Below are positions 13,321-25,793 of a DNA stretch of 64,000 nt, one piece after another; positions within the stretch are counted from its first letter, which is position 1; each line of letters opens with the position of its first letter. The DNA is from Balanoglossus misakiensis (lineage: Eukaryota; Animalia; Hemichordata): assembly GCA_040954595.2 (NCBI GenBank), contig CM082582.2, positions 124,001 to 188,000 of the forward strand, read 5' to 3'. The notes beneath the pieces were generated by a model. It did no database searches and was not told where the DNA came from. It saw only the letters and a list, made by a program, of their open reading frames with translations. The position numbers and the translations under genes are program-made.

Positions 13321-16300
13321 GTGGCAAACAGAAAGCCCGTTTTACCACTGCCAGCAGTGCATTATTGAGTATTTTAGCATCGCTGGATTTAGCTCTCGTC
13401 CAATCAGAATTGCGGACGGTAGCATGATATAATATAATTGAGAATAAATCTCACGACAAGTGTACAGTTTGACAATGTACACAGATAATCCGTTTCAACA
13501 ATGTTTCCTTTGTAGTGTGAATAAAACTGCACACTTTGCAAGTTTTCAACTTCAAAACACTATGGCTATTGCAGAGACAAAGCTGCTAATATACAGTGTA
13601 TACCCTTCATTTTTGTTTGTGGTGAGATTTTCATTGGCACAGTTGCACAGAGCTCACACAAGAGGAAATTACACTTTCTGTTGAATTCACTGCATCCTGC
13701 TAACTTTAAGTCATATATCCAGTGAAACATTAAGTTATAGAATTTTCCATCGCAGTATTCTGTTTTATATACATGTATAGCAGTCCCACACATATTGATT
13801 AATTTGACAAAAGAAACTGACTGACAATTTTCACAGCGCTCCCAGTATAGCATCCTTGGCAGGTGCACGTCAATGCCACACACGAGGTTAGGGTTGGCAA
13901 GTGCTGCCATTTTGACATGGGTTGTTAGCACTGATCAATTCCTACGCATGACAGAAAAATGAAGAATTAGGCTATGGGCGGGACCTGCCTATCGTTTCAA
14001 AATGCACTCTGTATATTAGGGTCTATTTCTTTTACATAAAAAACAAGTCTTCTAGCTCTAATATGATAAAAGAAAAACTTCAACTTAAATATTGCGTCCT
14101 CAGAGGTAATATCGAGCCCTAAAAATCAGGTATGCTAATGCGGTTAAAGGTTGTGCAGTTCTCCTTATAACAAGCGTTCGATTGGTGGGTACGTGACTGC
14201 ACCAATCACAGAATGCGTTATGTCACTCAGAATTTTTGGTAAGGAAAGTTTGAGCAGACTAGTCCATTCAATGTAAAAAATGGTGCTGATTCCAAAAAAG
14301 TCAGCCATTTTTGCCACTTTTAACCCAAAAGGTCATTTAAAAAAACACTCAAAACACACTGTTTTCATCACATTCGGAGATCTGATGACATTTGAGGATT
14401 ATGCGGAAACAGTGACACACCAGAATAAAAATTACAGGTGACATTTGCAAGCACATGATCTGACCATATAGAAATATGGAATGTAAAAACATTAACAAGG
14501 AACATGCCCAATAAACTGTCATGTGTCTTGGCAGTCTTACAAGTGGTGCTAGAAAAAAAAAATGACCAAAAATTGTCTGTACAAACACATATGCGAAGCA
14601 ACTTCTTTCAGTCAGCCCTGGAACAGACACACACTGACCTGCCACTGGTAATTAAAATTTGATAGCTGGTGGTCTCTGTAACAGCTAGCCTATTTAAGTT
14701 ATGTAAACATGTCTTTGTTCGAGGTAACAACTCCTTGTAAATAGTAACTTTAAAAACAACTGGACAATTTGTTTAGGAGAAGATTTGCTAACCAAAAACA
14801 AAGAAACTTACCAAAAAAACTCGCTAAATATTTAATCTTTCTGATCTCAGAATTGAATAAAAGTTGCACATATACAGGTATGTGTTATGAAATTATATCC
14901 TAAATTTCAAAGCAATCAGAGAAAAAACTAATTTCAAAGCAATCCAACAAGCAGTTTCACAGAAAATATTTGTTCAAAAGTGGCAAAAACACAAATATGC
15001 AAATATCACCAAAATTGTACAATATCTTACTTCAATCACTACAAGGAACATGCTGCCTAAGTTCAATGCAATAGGACAAGCGGTTTCAGAGAAAACAATT
15101 TTTGACAAAAATTGCAAAAGCTTCCCCGATAACACATTTATGCAAAGATCACATTTTTTACAACATATTATTTAGGTTACCCCTACGAACATGCCTACCA
15201 AATTGCAAAGCAATCTGGCATGAGGTTTTAAAGAAAAACATTTTTTGACCAAAAATGGCAAATATTGCTCAAAATTATAGATATGCAAATTTTGCAACAA
15301 TTTGAACAAAACTATGGTTACTTAGACAACATTAGGAGGCTTCATACTAAATTTCAAAGACTTTTACCAATAACAAAAATAGTGATAACATTAAGCTAGC
15401 CCAAAGTTTGAGTTACCAGGGCTTTAATATGTGTACCGTACTTATATTATATAATACATAACAAGTGTTTTGCATTGAATAATATAATATTGGTTTGTAC
15501 TTACGCATTGTACATGTGGCACCAGTGAAGCATTCGGTACACATACAGTCAAACAGGAAACAGCCGTCTCGCGCAACGCAAATGCCACCATTTTGACAAG
15601 GCATAGAGTATAACTGATCAATGGCTGCCAAAACAAAAATGAAAGTATCAATTACCTGCTTGTCAAAAACTTGTACATGTACTTGTGATGTTCATTTCGT
15701 TTAAATATGTGAGCAATGTCTTCATTCCTTGTTTCAAACCTGTACATTTAAAATAACATAATGATGCTATTGCTAGGATTTTTCTGTAAGAATCTTGAAA
15801 AATTAAAAAATGTGCCATCAACATGATACAGAAGGCTTTCCTTTTTAACGTGCACCTCACACTCAATTTTGACCCTACATCAGCAAATTTTGAAAGGATG
15901 AAACTTAGTAATGCTTCCACCCCATTTATTGGTGTATGGGTCCATCTATCACATTGAGAATACCAAAAATGAGGGTTTATATACCACGCTGTGTCATAAA
16001 ACAGTAATTCGACACACCTACGGCACAGATGGCCCCAGTCCAACACTACTGGCAGTAACAGGTGTAGTCAGTATAAGAATTTGGTGTTTGGGAACAATAG
16101 CCTCCATTTTGACACGGATTCTGATCACATGGGTTAATGACTATCAGAAAAAAAATAGTTTAAAAAACATGAAATGCAGATGGCTACACCTCAACCAAAG
16201 ATGATTCCTGCACCACAACAAAATCCTTTGACACAAGCATTATACTGGAACCATACCCAGAACACGCATGAAGGGACAATGTCTCTATTTTGGGTAATGC

Positions 16301-19300
16301 AGTAAAACCTGTCTTTATGGACACCTCTCTAATCAGAACACCTAGTATGATTGATTTTTCAAGCCAAATAGTAAGGATAATTAAGGACGTCTCTTTTACT
16401 TAATACTCAGATGTGTGCACCACCTTAGGAGAGATTACCTCATATGCACAATTATCTCTACAGACACTAGTCTTCAAGAGGCAACTCTTGTATATTTGAG
16501 TGATGAAAACATCCAGCTTCGTACACTTCCTCACAAGTTCGTGCCTATCCTAAATTGCACGGACATACAAATGAAATTTCTGTTTTCTTTTCCTTTCTTT
16601 TCTCTTGTGGAAATTTTAGAAATGAGAAGTTACCACACAATTCAATTGCCATGAAGAGAAAGTGCCCAAAAGATTGTCATTTACGGTACGTCAGAAACTT
16701 ACATATTTCACAACAGTTACCCTCATAGCAACCAGTACAGGCACAGGTATATGCCGTGCAGGAGTTGGCCACTGCATTACATACAGCCCCGTTGAGACAG
16801 CTGTTTCGCTGGCATGGATCTTGGACTGCAATAAAAAGTGCAACCTAATGTTATCTCAGCAATATTTACTTTCAAAATCTGTTTGATAAAAACATCATCA
16901 TTACCATTACTGTAAATACTGAACGGAACTTCACTTCTAAAAACAACTTGCTCATTCTGGGACGCACTTGTGGGGCTATGAAAATCTCTGTATATGTATC
17001 TTGTGTAGGGAAAATTTTCATGAACGATCAACATTTTTTTCTTCAAATAAACATGTTTTCTTTCAGCTGTACATCATTTTTGAGGTGACCGATTCCCAAG
17101 GCCCAAGGTGTGATGCTGAAGATGAAAATATAAAGTATGACCAACAGACAATGTATTGAGACATGATTGTAAATGTTAGTTCCTGCATGACAAATGTTTG
17201 TTTTAATGAGTTTTACACTGGCTGCAGTGTGTGCCGATGAAACATCCTGCACAAGTACACTCATAAGTTGTACACGACAGCTGAGTACACTGCCCATTGT
17301 TCAGGCATGGACTTGGCCTACATGGAGTTTGTTCTGTTTCAATGGCATTAAAAAAAATAGCAGTGACATAAGTTTTTAGGGTATGACCATTTCCCTAATT
17401 CCTACAGCTGTGGTTCTATCGGGTTCTCCTATAACTGAGCCTCCTAAATGTATAACTGAACAATAAGAATTACTTATTATACTTTTGGGAGTTTAGGACT
17501 TTGGTAATTGAAAAAAGACTCAATTCCTGAAAGTGCCTATTTGGTTTGTCACATCCTAAATATACAGGTAATTTCATAGCTGCCAGCTATGACAAATATA
17601 CCGGTATGATGGGGGATAAACAGATCCTCGTCTGATAAATTTACCTTGGTCACAGGTGATTCCAATGAAACAGCCTTGACAGCGACAGGTAAACGAACTG
17701 CACGATCTACTGATTGGCTCACAGATACCGTTGTTCATGCACAGATTGGGAGAACATTGACCGAGTCCTGGAGATGCATGTAAATCAACCAACAATTGCA
17801 TATTAACATCACAAGTCATTTCACTATTTTTTCATTCAAAACTAAAAAGATTGCTTGTAACTTGCTGAAGAAATATTCATATGGACAGACCATTCTAGCT
17901 TGGAACAGGCAATGTCAAGGGTGCCCTGACGCCCAACTTTTAAGAGCAGTTCATTTACTGAAACTGCCAGCACCCAATATTATCACACATGTAATCCATA
18001 TGTGGAAATCAAATACACCTGTAACAGTTTTAATTTACCATGTGGGTATTTGCATAGCGCACACATGAAAATCCACCCAGTTTGTTTACAAATTGTTTTC
18101 GTGAAATCTGTTTTACTGTTAACGCACTGCGAAATAAAATGCCCCTAAACCACAATTTTTGTTTCAATGCTTCACGCAAACATAAAATTATTACGAAAAG
18201 TGTCAGCGTTACCAAGAAATATGAGTGCCCAGTCGGACATGCAAAAAACATGGATGATTTGTTTACAATTTTTAAATGAAGCTTGTGGCACTAGAAATGA
18301 CCGTTCAACCGACAGACGAACACCAAACCATAATAATTAGCACAGACATCGTAATACTTTTAGAATTTTAGAAAAAAACGCAGTGGCTGCTGAAATGCAG
18401 GAGTGCCAGTTTGGTGGCAAGTTTTCACATCACTGGTGGGGTCGACATGTGCCGAAGTAAGGAAGTCATTGTCCAACTGTCCTGGGTGTTAATTATATGC
18501 AAAAGAACATCATCATACAGATAATCCCCAAACCCTTTGATCTTTGCCGCAGTTGCTCGTCCTTCTTTCTCTAGGGTCTATGGTTTGACAGATGTCACCT
18601 GTGTAAGAGTTCACACACTGGCATGAATAGAAATTGCACGATGTTTGCTGGCAAAATCCACCATTCATACATGGGTTGGGATCACAGGGGTTTTGCACTG
18701 GAAATTAAGAAAGGACGCCATTTTATTCCTTGCTACTCATTCTACAAACTTGGCAAAAACCTTGCAGAATTATGGCAAGGGTGTGTGGAGTGATTGTGCC
18801 TACAACTTATATTAGGCTGGTATCAAGTTGTTCACACCTCCATAGATCATGTGGCAGTGACTGTAAGGCAAAGGCTTCCCTTCATGAAATCAAAGACCTG
18901 TGTACTGGAGGAGGGTTCCTTGCAAATGCTTGACTTGACTTCAGGCATACCTGTAGACTCATATGCAAATTTACACTATCTGGCCTGGAGTGAGAATTTC
19001 CATAGTGGATGTGTGTTGACAAAAGGCAGTAAAATTGGCCAGTCGCGCATAATGTTTCTTGAACTAAGACAATCAAGACATTATGCGCTACGAAAGTGAT
19101 TTTGATTGGGAAGAGTGTAATCTTGCATTCGATGTCAAGAACGCTCCAAGCTCTGCTGTGGTGATGGCTACACCTATGCTCAGGAAACATGCAGTATTTG
19201 AATGCATCAGAGACAAAAGGTAAAAGAGACTGCGCTGTATACTTACATATCTCACACCTATCACCTTTGTAGCAACCAGTACATATGCAGGTGAGATCAA

Positions 19301-19599
19301 AGCAGGAATTTCGAGCCGGTTGACAGAAGCCACCATTCTGGCACGGATTTGGTGGACACTGGTTGAGTCCTACAAGGAAAAGGGTCAAATTTTCCATGAT
19401 CATCAATGTCATGTGATTATGAATGTATGTAAGTGGCTGAAAAAAATTCCCAGGGGTGAGTTTCCTACAAAAATTGTGATGTGACAAACCGACAAATTAG
19501 CATATTAGCATAATCAGAATAAAAAAAAAATGCACAGGTAGTTTAAAAGAACAAACACTTTGGAAACGGAATAGATCTAAGCTGCTGTCCCTTTCTAAT

Positions 19600-20060
19600 T
19601 GTTACTCGTTCAAAAATCACCTGTCACATCACTCCAATTTAGTATCAGTTGCACTGGCTACCTGTTACAGAGCGTATTGTTTTTAAGATGTTAGTTCTCA
19701 TTTTTAAATCCATTCATAAACTTGGTCCAATCTATCTTTCTAGCATGACTAATCTATATGTTCCGTGTCGCAATTTAAGGTCAGCTGATCAGTACAAACT
19801 CTGCCCTGTTCGATCACGCACCAAGAGTTATGGTGATCGTGCTTTTACTGTTGCTGCTCCAATTCTTTGGAATAATCTTCCACTCACCATTCGCCAGGCA
19901 CCAGACTTATCTGTTTTTAAATCAAATGTTAAAACTTTACTTTTTAAATCTGTTTTTTAGCCATTTGTTGTATTGTACTTTTGCTTTAAGCGTCATTGAT
20001 CACATTTTTTGTGGATACTGACGCTATACAAATAAATTATTATTATTATTATTATTATTA
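19600..20060 (+). mobile_element. L2-like LINE 3' fragment
   Basis: LHWLPVTERIVFK...SYGDRAFTVAAPILWNNLP (19649-19960), followed by AATAAA and a (TTA)n tail. Confidence 0.85.
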
Positions 20061-20901
20061 TTTCTATTTTTGTGTTTGTACAACATCAGTGAAGTTTAAA
20101 TCATAATAAAAAAATGATAATTATCATTATTAACTGCTATAGATTCAAACTTACTTGTCTCACACCTGGTTCCCTAGTAACACTCTGTGCACATGCCAAT
20201 GGTGGCAGTACAAGAATTTGCCTGTTGTTGGCAGGTACCTCCATTGAGACAAGGACTAGTGAAGCATGGATTAGGAACTGGAAGACAGGAATTCAAAATT
20301 TTATACAACACTTACCTATGGTAACACCAGTACACGTTCATTATTTCTCTGTTATGTTTTTATACTGGTGATTTTACTGTTTTTATTACCGATCATACTG
20401 ACTGACTTAAAGATGATGATGATGATGATTATAATGACTACACCTGCTATTATTACTACAATGTACCTCAGCACTTAGATTTTTTAATAAATGACAAAGT
20501 ACTGTACTCACGTGTTTCACATGTGAAGCCCAGGTAGCAGCCAGCACATTGACATGTGACGCCTGTACAAGATCCCTGGATTGCTTGGCAAGTACCAGCA
20601 TTCCGGCATGGGTTAAGGTTTGTGTTCGCACGGATTCATTGCTGCAAATGTACACAATATTTACAAAATAAAACAGTATACAACTGTAAGTATTTATAAT
20701 CATCAATTGTGAATATCACACCAATCAAGGCCTTTCAATGCACCCTGATTGCTGAGAGCTGAAATACGTGAACCAACGTGTATTTGTTTTCACTACTATA
20801 TCACATGACATTCTGCATCTCTTTTCCAAAGTTGTAGTCTGCACCCAACATTGTATTCCGGGGTAGCACTACACGGAACCCCGAAACTTTTTTGTCATCA
20901 T

Positions 20902-21104
20902 TGTAGTATTCTGATAACTACGATCAATATAGCGCCCTCTAGTGTTGCATTGTTGGTGTTCCACTTGTGTATGAATTGCTGTACGACGTCCCTTCCGCCC
21001 AGATTAGGCGAAGCACATTGTTGAGTCTTTTCAGCCGATCAATAAATAGGTTGTTGTTATACCTAAGATCGCATTATTATTCCCATGTTGATGGAAACAT
21101 AACA
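20902..21104 (+). repeat. 5' LTR
   Basis: 203 bp; differs from the 3' LTR by 3 substitutions and 1 indel (counted by eye). Confidence 0.95.
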
Positions 21105-21214
21105 TGGTGGCAGCGGTGAACGTGAGTGATCAGATGTAAGCAGACTTTACACAGTATCGACTACACAAGACACCAAAACTACAGAAGAAAAGACCATCGA
21201 ACTGACCTGACAAG

Positions 21215-24200
21215 ATGGCGGCCGCACTACAAACGCCCTTCACAGCCCCAAAGATGGAATGGGACGCGCCAGATCTAGCAATAGCCTTCAGTCGTTTTCG
21301 TCAAAAATGTGAGTTAACATTTAAGACAGCACTTAAAGATGCTAACGATGAAGAGAAAGCTAGCTACATACTTCTATGGTCCGGTGAACCAGGTCTTGAC
21401 AAATACAACAGTTGGTCGTTTGAAAATGAAGACCAGCGGAAAGATCCCACAGTACTATTCGACAAATTTTCCGAACACTTAGAGCCGAAGTCGAATCATC
21501 GCATACATAGATACCAATTCCAAGATATGAGACAAGACACTGGAGAACCAGTTGATGATTTCTTTTCGAAATTGAAAAATGAAGCCGCCAAATGCAAATT
21601 TGGAGATACAAAAGAACAGGAAGCGAGACTCGTAGATCAGTTGATATGGGGGATCTGTCACCAAGAAATACAGAAGAAACTTATTGGGCGTGATGAGAAC
21701 CTGACCTTGAAGGAGGCACTTGATATAGCTAGAGGTCAAGAAGCCACAACAAAACACATGAAAACGCTCACAGATTGCCAAATTGCTAGTCCCGTGGATA
21801 GCAAAGCTGTCAACGCAGTAAAAAGGCAACCCAACAAAACACACCCCAAACAATGTACGCATTGTGGAAAAAAGCATGTTGACACCTCAGTGAAAAGTAA
21901 CTGCCCAGCATATGGCTCGAAATGCCGAATTTGTGGGAAACCTAATCACTGGCAGGCGGTATGCCGTTCCAAAACCAGCTCAAGCGAACCGAAGTCACAG
22001 CAGAGACGAGGTGGAAAACCAATCCATAATGTGACACGCTCGAACAGCAACATGCATCAAATAGATGATGAATTCCTAGATGTTGGAACTATCAAAATAA
22101 ATGCATTGGACAACATCAACAGACAAGAAGAAATATACACGAAACTGACAATCACACAGAGCGAAAAGAAAAGGAAAGTAGCACTGAAATGCAAGATTGA
22201 TACCGGTGCACAGAGCAATATACTGCCCCTCCGCCATTTCAAGATCATATTTCCAGAGAAACTGGATAAACACGGAAATCCAAAACGCGGGCACTTGAAG
22301 GAAAATAAAATAATCCTTACCGCATATGGAGGTTCCAGAATCAAACAGCTTGGCACCATCGTCATTCCATGTGAACATAGAGAGAGGAAAATCAGATGCC
22401 TCTTCTATGTAACTGACGCCGCAGGCCCAGCCATTTTAGGGTTAAAGGCAAGCAGAGCCTTAAACCTGATACAAATAAACTGTTCAGTAGAAGCCATACA
22501 AGTGCAGGCGAGCCCAGAGTGCAAGACAGCACAGCCTGGAAGAAATGTTGAAGTGGAAAAAAGAAAGATGAACGAACAGAAGCCAGCAGGAAGAAACAGA
22601 AACCCTACAGATGACTACATAGACAGTAATACACCCATCAGGGACCGCCCTCCCATAAAGAGCAAAGAACAGTTGCTGAGGATGTACCCTGATTGCTTTG
22701 ACGACGTGGTCGGATGTTTTGAAAACTACACATACCACATCACTCTTGATCCAGAAGTACAACCAGTAGTACACCCTGCCCGCAGAGTTCCATTAGAACT
22801 AATGGATAGACTCAAAACCGAGCTACAGGAGATGGAAGATAAGCAAATCATCGCCAAAGTGAACCAGCCTACGAACTGGGTCAATTCTCTTGTTGTCCGG
22901 GAGAAAGACAATGGAAGACTTCGCATTTGTCTGGACCCGAAGGACTTGAACAAAGCCATTAAAAGGGATCATTACCCTACACCCACATTGGAGGAGATTA
23001 CCCCAAAGTTGGCAGGCGCAACACTTTTCAGCAAGCTAGACGCGCGGAACGGATACTGGAATGTAAAGATCGATGAAGAATTATCCTTCCTGACGACCTT
23101 TAACACACCATATGGCCGTTACAGATTCCTACGAATGCCATTTGGGCTAAGGATGAGCCAAGATGTGTTTCAATTCAAAATTGATGAAACATACAGAGAG
23201 TGTGAAGGTGCAGTCGGCATTGCAGACGATATACAAGTCTTCGGATCAGGGGAGCGACACCATGACCTGCATCTACACGAAGCCATGGAACGAACCAGGA
23301 AAGCAGGCATTAAACTGAACAAAGAGAAATGCTACATCAAGACAAAAGAATGTAGTTTCTTTGGCATGTTATACACAGAAGACGGAGTTAAACCCAACCC
23401 AGAAAAGGTCAAGGCGATAGAGATGATGCATCCGCCTAGAGACAAAACCGAACAGCGCACATTCCTCGGAATGTTGAACTACATGGGTTCATTCATACCC
23501 AGATTAGCTGAACACACAGCACCACTGAGAGAGCTCATCAGAGACGACACTGAGTTTGAGTGGTCTCCGACACACACAAAGTCTTTCAATATGATCAAGG
23601 ACCTGATCAGCACAAAGACTACACTTGCTTACTACGACCGTAAGAAGCCTGCCACTCTACAAGTCGACGCATCGGAAAAGGGAATCGGAGCGGTGCTCAT
23701 ACAGGAACAGAGACCTATAGCATTTGCGTCCAAGGCCCTGACACCAGCGGAAACCCGATACACCAATATAGAAAGAGAACTACTCGCGGTAGTCTACGGA
23801 TGCGAGAAGTTTCGCACATATCTCTACGGCAGAAGTTTCATAGTAGAGAGTGATCATCGACCGTTGGAGCAAATTCAGAGGAAGAATTTGACCAAGGCAC
23901 CACCCCGATTACAGAGAATGCTGTTGCGCATACAGCCGTATGATTTCACCATACACTACAAGCCAGGCAAACAGATGATACTCGCCGACGCACTATCTAG
24001 ACTGTCACCGCAAGATCAGAACGAAATCAGTGACATGAAAGTCCAGATACACCACCTGGTGAAGATCACACCAATGAGACAGATGGAGATCAAAGAAGAA
24101 ACTACCAAAGATGAAATTCTTCAATTATTGATCCAGCAAGTCCTGAAAGGATGGCCAGATAGCATCAAGGACATTCACGCTGATATTCGACCCTATTGGT

Positions 24201-25369
24201 CTATTCGAGACGATATCGCTATCGAAGATGGTATTGTCCTGATAGGCAGCCGACTCCTCATACCAGCAGTAATGAGAGATGAAATGCTACAACGCATTCA
24301 TAGCAGTCACCTGGGGATCGAGAAATGCAAGCTGAGAGCCAGATCCAGCGTGTACTGGCCAGGAATTTATAAAGATATAGAGAGACTAGTAACAGGATGC
24401 AACGCGTGCCAGAAATTCCAGAATTCCCAGCAGAAGGAACCGATGATTCCAATGGAAATTCCACCACGACCGTGGCACACAATTGGAGCAGACCTATTCT
24501 ACGTGAACCAAACATGGTACATGATAGTTGCTGACTACTACTCCAAGTTCCCCTTTATTAGGAAACTTGAAGACCTCAGAGCCAGTACCATTATGAGAGC
24601 CCTCCGAGTTCTATTTGCAGAGCAAGGAATACCCGAGAAACTAGTTTGTGACAACGGATCTCAGTTTACAGCTAGAGACTTCCACAGCCTAACTGAGAAA
24701 TATGGTTTTGCGATAGTCACATCATCACCATACTATCCCAAAGGGCACGGTTTTATCGAGCGACATGTACAGACCGTGAAGAACATCCTGATGAAGTGCA
24801 AAGAGTCCGGAGATGATCCGAATCTAGCATTGTTGGCACTTCGCGCGACTCCATTGAAGTCCAACATACCATCACCAGCTGAGTTGCTGAACAGCAGAGC
24901 ATGCAAGACAACTCTCCCAGCCAAAATTCACCCAGCAAGAAACGGGGAGGAAGTTCGTCAATACCTGACATCTCAACAGCAGGCCCAGACTTCCAGCCAC
25001 GACCAGCACTCCAGACAACTACCAGAATTGCTGACAGGTCAACAAGTCCATATACAAAACCCAATCAGCAAAACATGGAGTCCAGCGAGAGTTGTAGCCC
25101 CAGCAAACACACCTAGGTCCTACACCGTGAAGTTAGACAACGGGAAACAAATGCGACGCAACAGGATCCACCTGAAACCAGTCAGCGCAGAACTGAAACC
25201 AGCACAGACAGGGATGGATCAACACAATATTGCACCAGCAGTCACAGAGGGAACACCGCCTCAACAACCCGCAACGCCAGCGTCACCAGCCCAAGAATCG
25301 TTGAGATCAACACGAACCAGAACAAACATACAAAAGCCGTCTCGATACAAAGACTATGTGACTGATTGA
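21215..25369 (+). CDS. gag-pol: Gag-Pol polyprotein (Gag zinc knuckles, protease, RT, RNase H, integrase), 1384 aa, uninterrupted
   Basis: CRICGKPNHWQAVC; IDTGAQ protease; RMPFGL and IADDI RT; VDAS...IERELLA RNase H; HSSHLG...CNAC and DLF/CDNG/IER integrase, in Gypsy domain order. Confidence 0.97.
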   Translation: MAAALQTPFTAPKMEWDAPDLAIAFSRFRQKCELTFKTALKDANDEEKASYILLWSGEPGLDKYNSWSFENEDQRKDPTVLFDKFSEHLEPKSNHRIHRYQFQDMRQDTGEPVDDFFSKLKNEAAKCKFGDTKEQEARLVDQLIWGICHQEIQKKLIGRDENLTLKEALDIARGQEATTKHMKTLTDCQIASPVDSKAVNAVKRQPNKTHPKQCTHCGKKHVDTSVKSNCPAYGSKCRICGKPNHWQAVCRSKTSSSEPKSQQRRGGKPIHNVTRSNSNMHQIDDEFLDVGTIKINALDNINRQEEIYTKLTITQSEKKRKVALKCKIDTGAQSNILPLRHFKIIFPEKLDKHGNPKRGHLKENKIILTAYGGSRIKQLGTIVIPCEHRERKIRCLFYVTDAAGPAILGLKASRALNLIQINCSVEAIQVQASPECKTAQPGRNVEVEKRKMNEQKPAGRNRNPTDDYIDSNTPIRDRPPIKSKEQLLRMYPDCFDDVVGCFENYTYHITLDPEVQPVVHPARRVPLELMDRLKTELQEMEDKQIIAKVNQPTNWVNSLVVREKDNGRLRICLDPKDLNKAIKRDHYPTPTLEEITPKLAGATLFSKLDARNGYWNVKIDEELSFLTTFNTPYGRYRFLRMPFGLRMSQDVFQFKIDETYRECEGAVGIADDIQVFGSGERHHDLHLHEAMERTRKAGIKLNKEKCYIKTKECSFFGMLYTEDGVKPNPEKVKAIEMMHPPRDKTEQRTFLGMLNYMGSFIPRLAEHTAPLRELIRDDTEFEWSPTHTKSFNMIKDLISTKTTLAYYDRKKPATLQVDASEKGIGAVLIQEQRPIAFASKALTPAETRYTNIERELLAVVYGCEKFRTYLYGRSFIVESDHRPLEQIQRKNLTKAPPRLQRMLLRIQPYDFTIHYKPGKQMILADALSRLSPQDQNEISDMKVQIHHLVKITPMRQMEIKEETTKDEILQLLIQQVLKGWPDSIKDIHADIRPYWSIRDDIAIEDGIVLIGSRLLIPAVMRDEMLQRIHSSHLGIEKCKLRARSSVYWPGIYKDIERLVTGCNACQKFQNSQQKEPMIPMEIPPRPWHTIGADLFYVNQTWYMIVADYYSKFPFIRKLEDLRASTIMRALRVLFAEQGIPEKLVCDNGSQFTARDFHSLTEKYGFAIVTSSPYYPKGHGFIERHVQTVKNILMKCKESGDDPNLALLALRATPLKSNIPSPAELLNSRACKTTLPAKIHPARNGEEVRQYLTSQQQAQTSSHDQHSRQLPELLTGQQVHIQNPISKTWSPARVVAPANTPRSYTVKLDNGKQMRRNRIHLKPVSAELKPAQTGMDQHNIAPAVTEGTPPQQPATPASPAQESLRSTRTRTNIQKPSRYKDYVTD

Positions 25370-25589
25370 TAGCTTTTTCTGATATTGAGATACGCCATTT
25401 GTTCCACAGAAAGTTGAGTTAAAAAGAGGAAAATTTATCACATTTTTCCCAGAGTATTTTTCATGTTCGTTGCGTTTGATTTTGACAAAGACTGATTCAA
25501 GATGAATGCAGAGTTTGCACAGGACAATTCACAGTGACATTCGTATTCAAAAAAGAGTTTTGAAACAATTTATCTTAAAGAAGAGGGGA

Positions 25590-25793
25590 TGTAGTATTCT
25601 GATAACTACGATCAATATAGCGCCCTCTAGTGTTGCATTGTTGGTATTCCACTTGTTTATGAATTGCTGTACGACGTCACTTCCGCCCAGATTAGGCGAA
25701 GCACATTGTTGAGTCTTTTCAGCCGATCAATAAATAGGTTGTTGTTATACCTAAAGATCGCATTATTATTCCCATGTTGATGGAAACATAACA
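25590..25793 (+). repeat. 3' LTR
   Basis: 204 bp; follows the PPT and is followed by the ATCAT TSD. Confidence 0.95.

Larger units (their letters stand above)
11431..20641 (-). pseudogene. Multi-EGF-repeat gene (fibropellin/Notch-like EGF modules, 8-Cys variant), pseudogenised, copy A
   Basis: Phase-1 single-EGF exons at 20512-20641 (frameshift), 20155-20277 (TAG 20174-20176), 19247-19369, 18513-18697, 17645-17767, 17217-17333, 16703-16825, 16018-16140 (TAG 16046-16048), 15505-15624 and 11431-11554 (+1 frameshift). Example: NQCPPNPCQNGGFCQPARNSCFDLTCICTGCYKGDRCEI. Confidence 0.88.
20902..25793 (+). mobile_element. Full-length Ty3/Gypsy LTR retrotransposon (Mag-like)
   Basis: TG...CA LTRs at 20902-21104 and 25590-25793; ATCAT TSD at 20897-20901 and 25794-25798; PBS TGGTGGCAGCGGTG at 21105 (tRNA-Leu); PPT aaagaagagggga at 25577-25589. 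Confidence 0.97.

Noticed and set aside
21360-25116. Short antisense or overlapping ORFs within gag-pol
   Set aside because: Shadow ORFs of a long coding region with no recognisable motifs.
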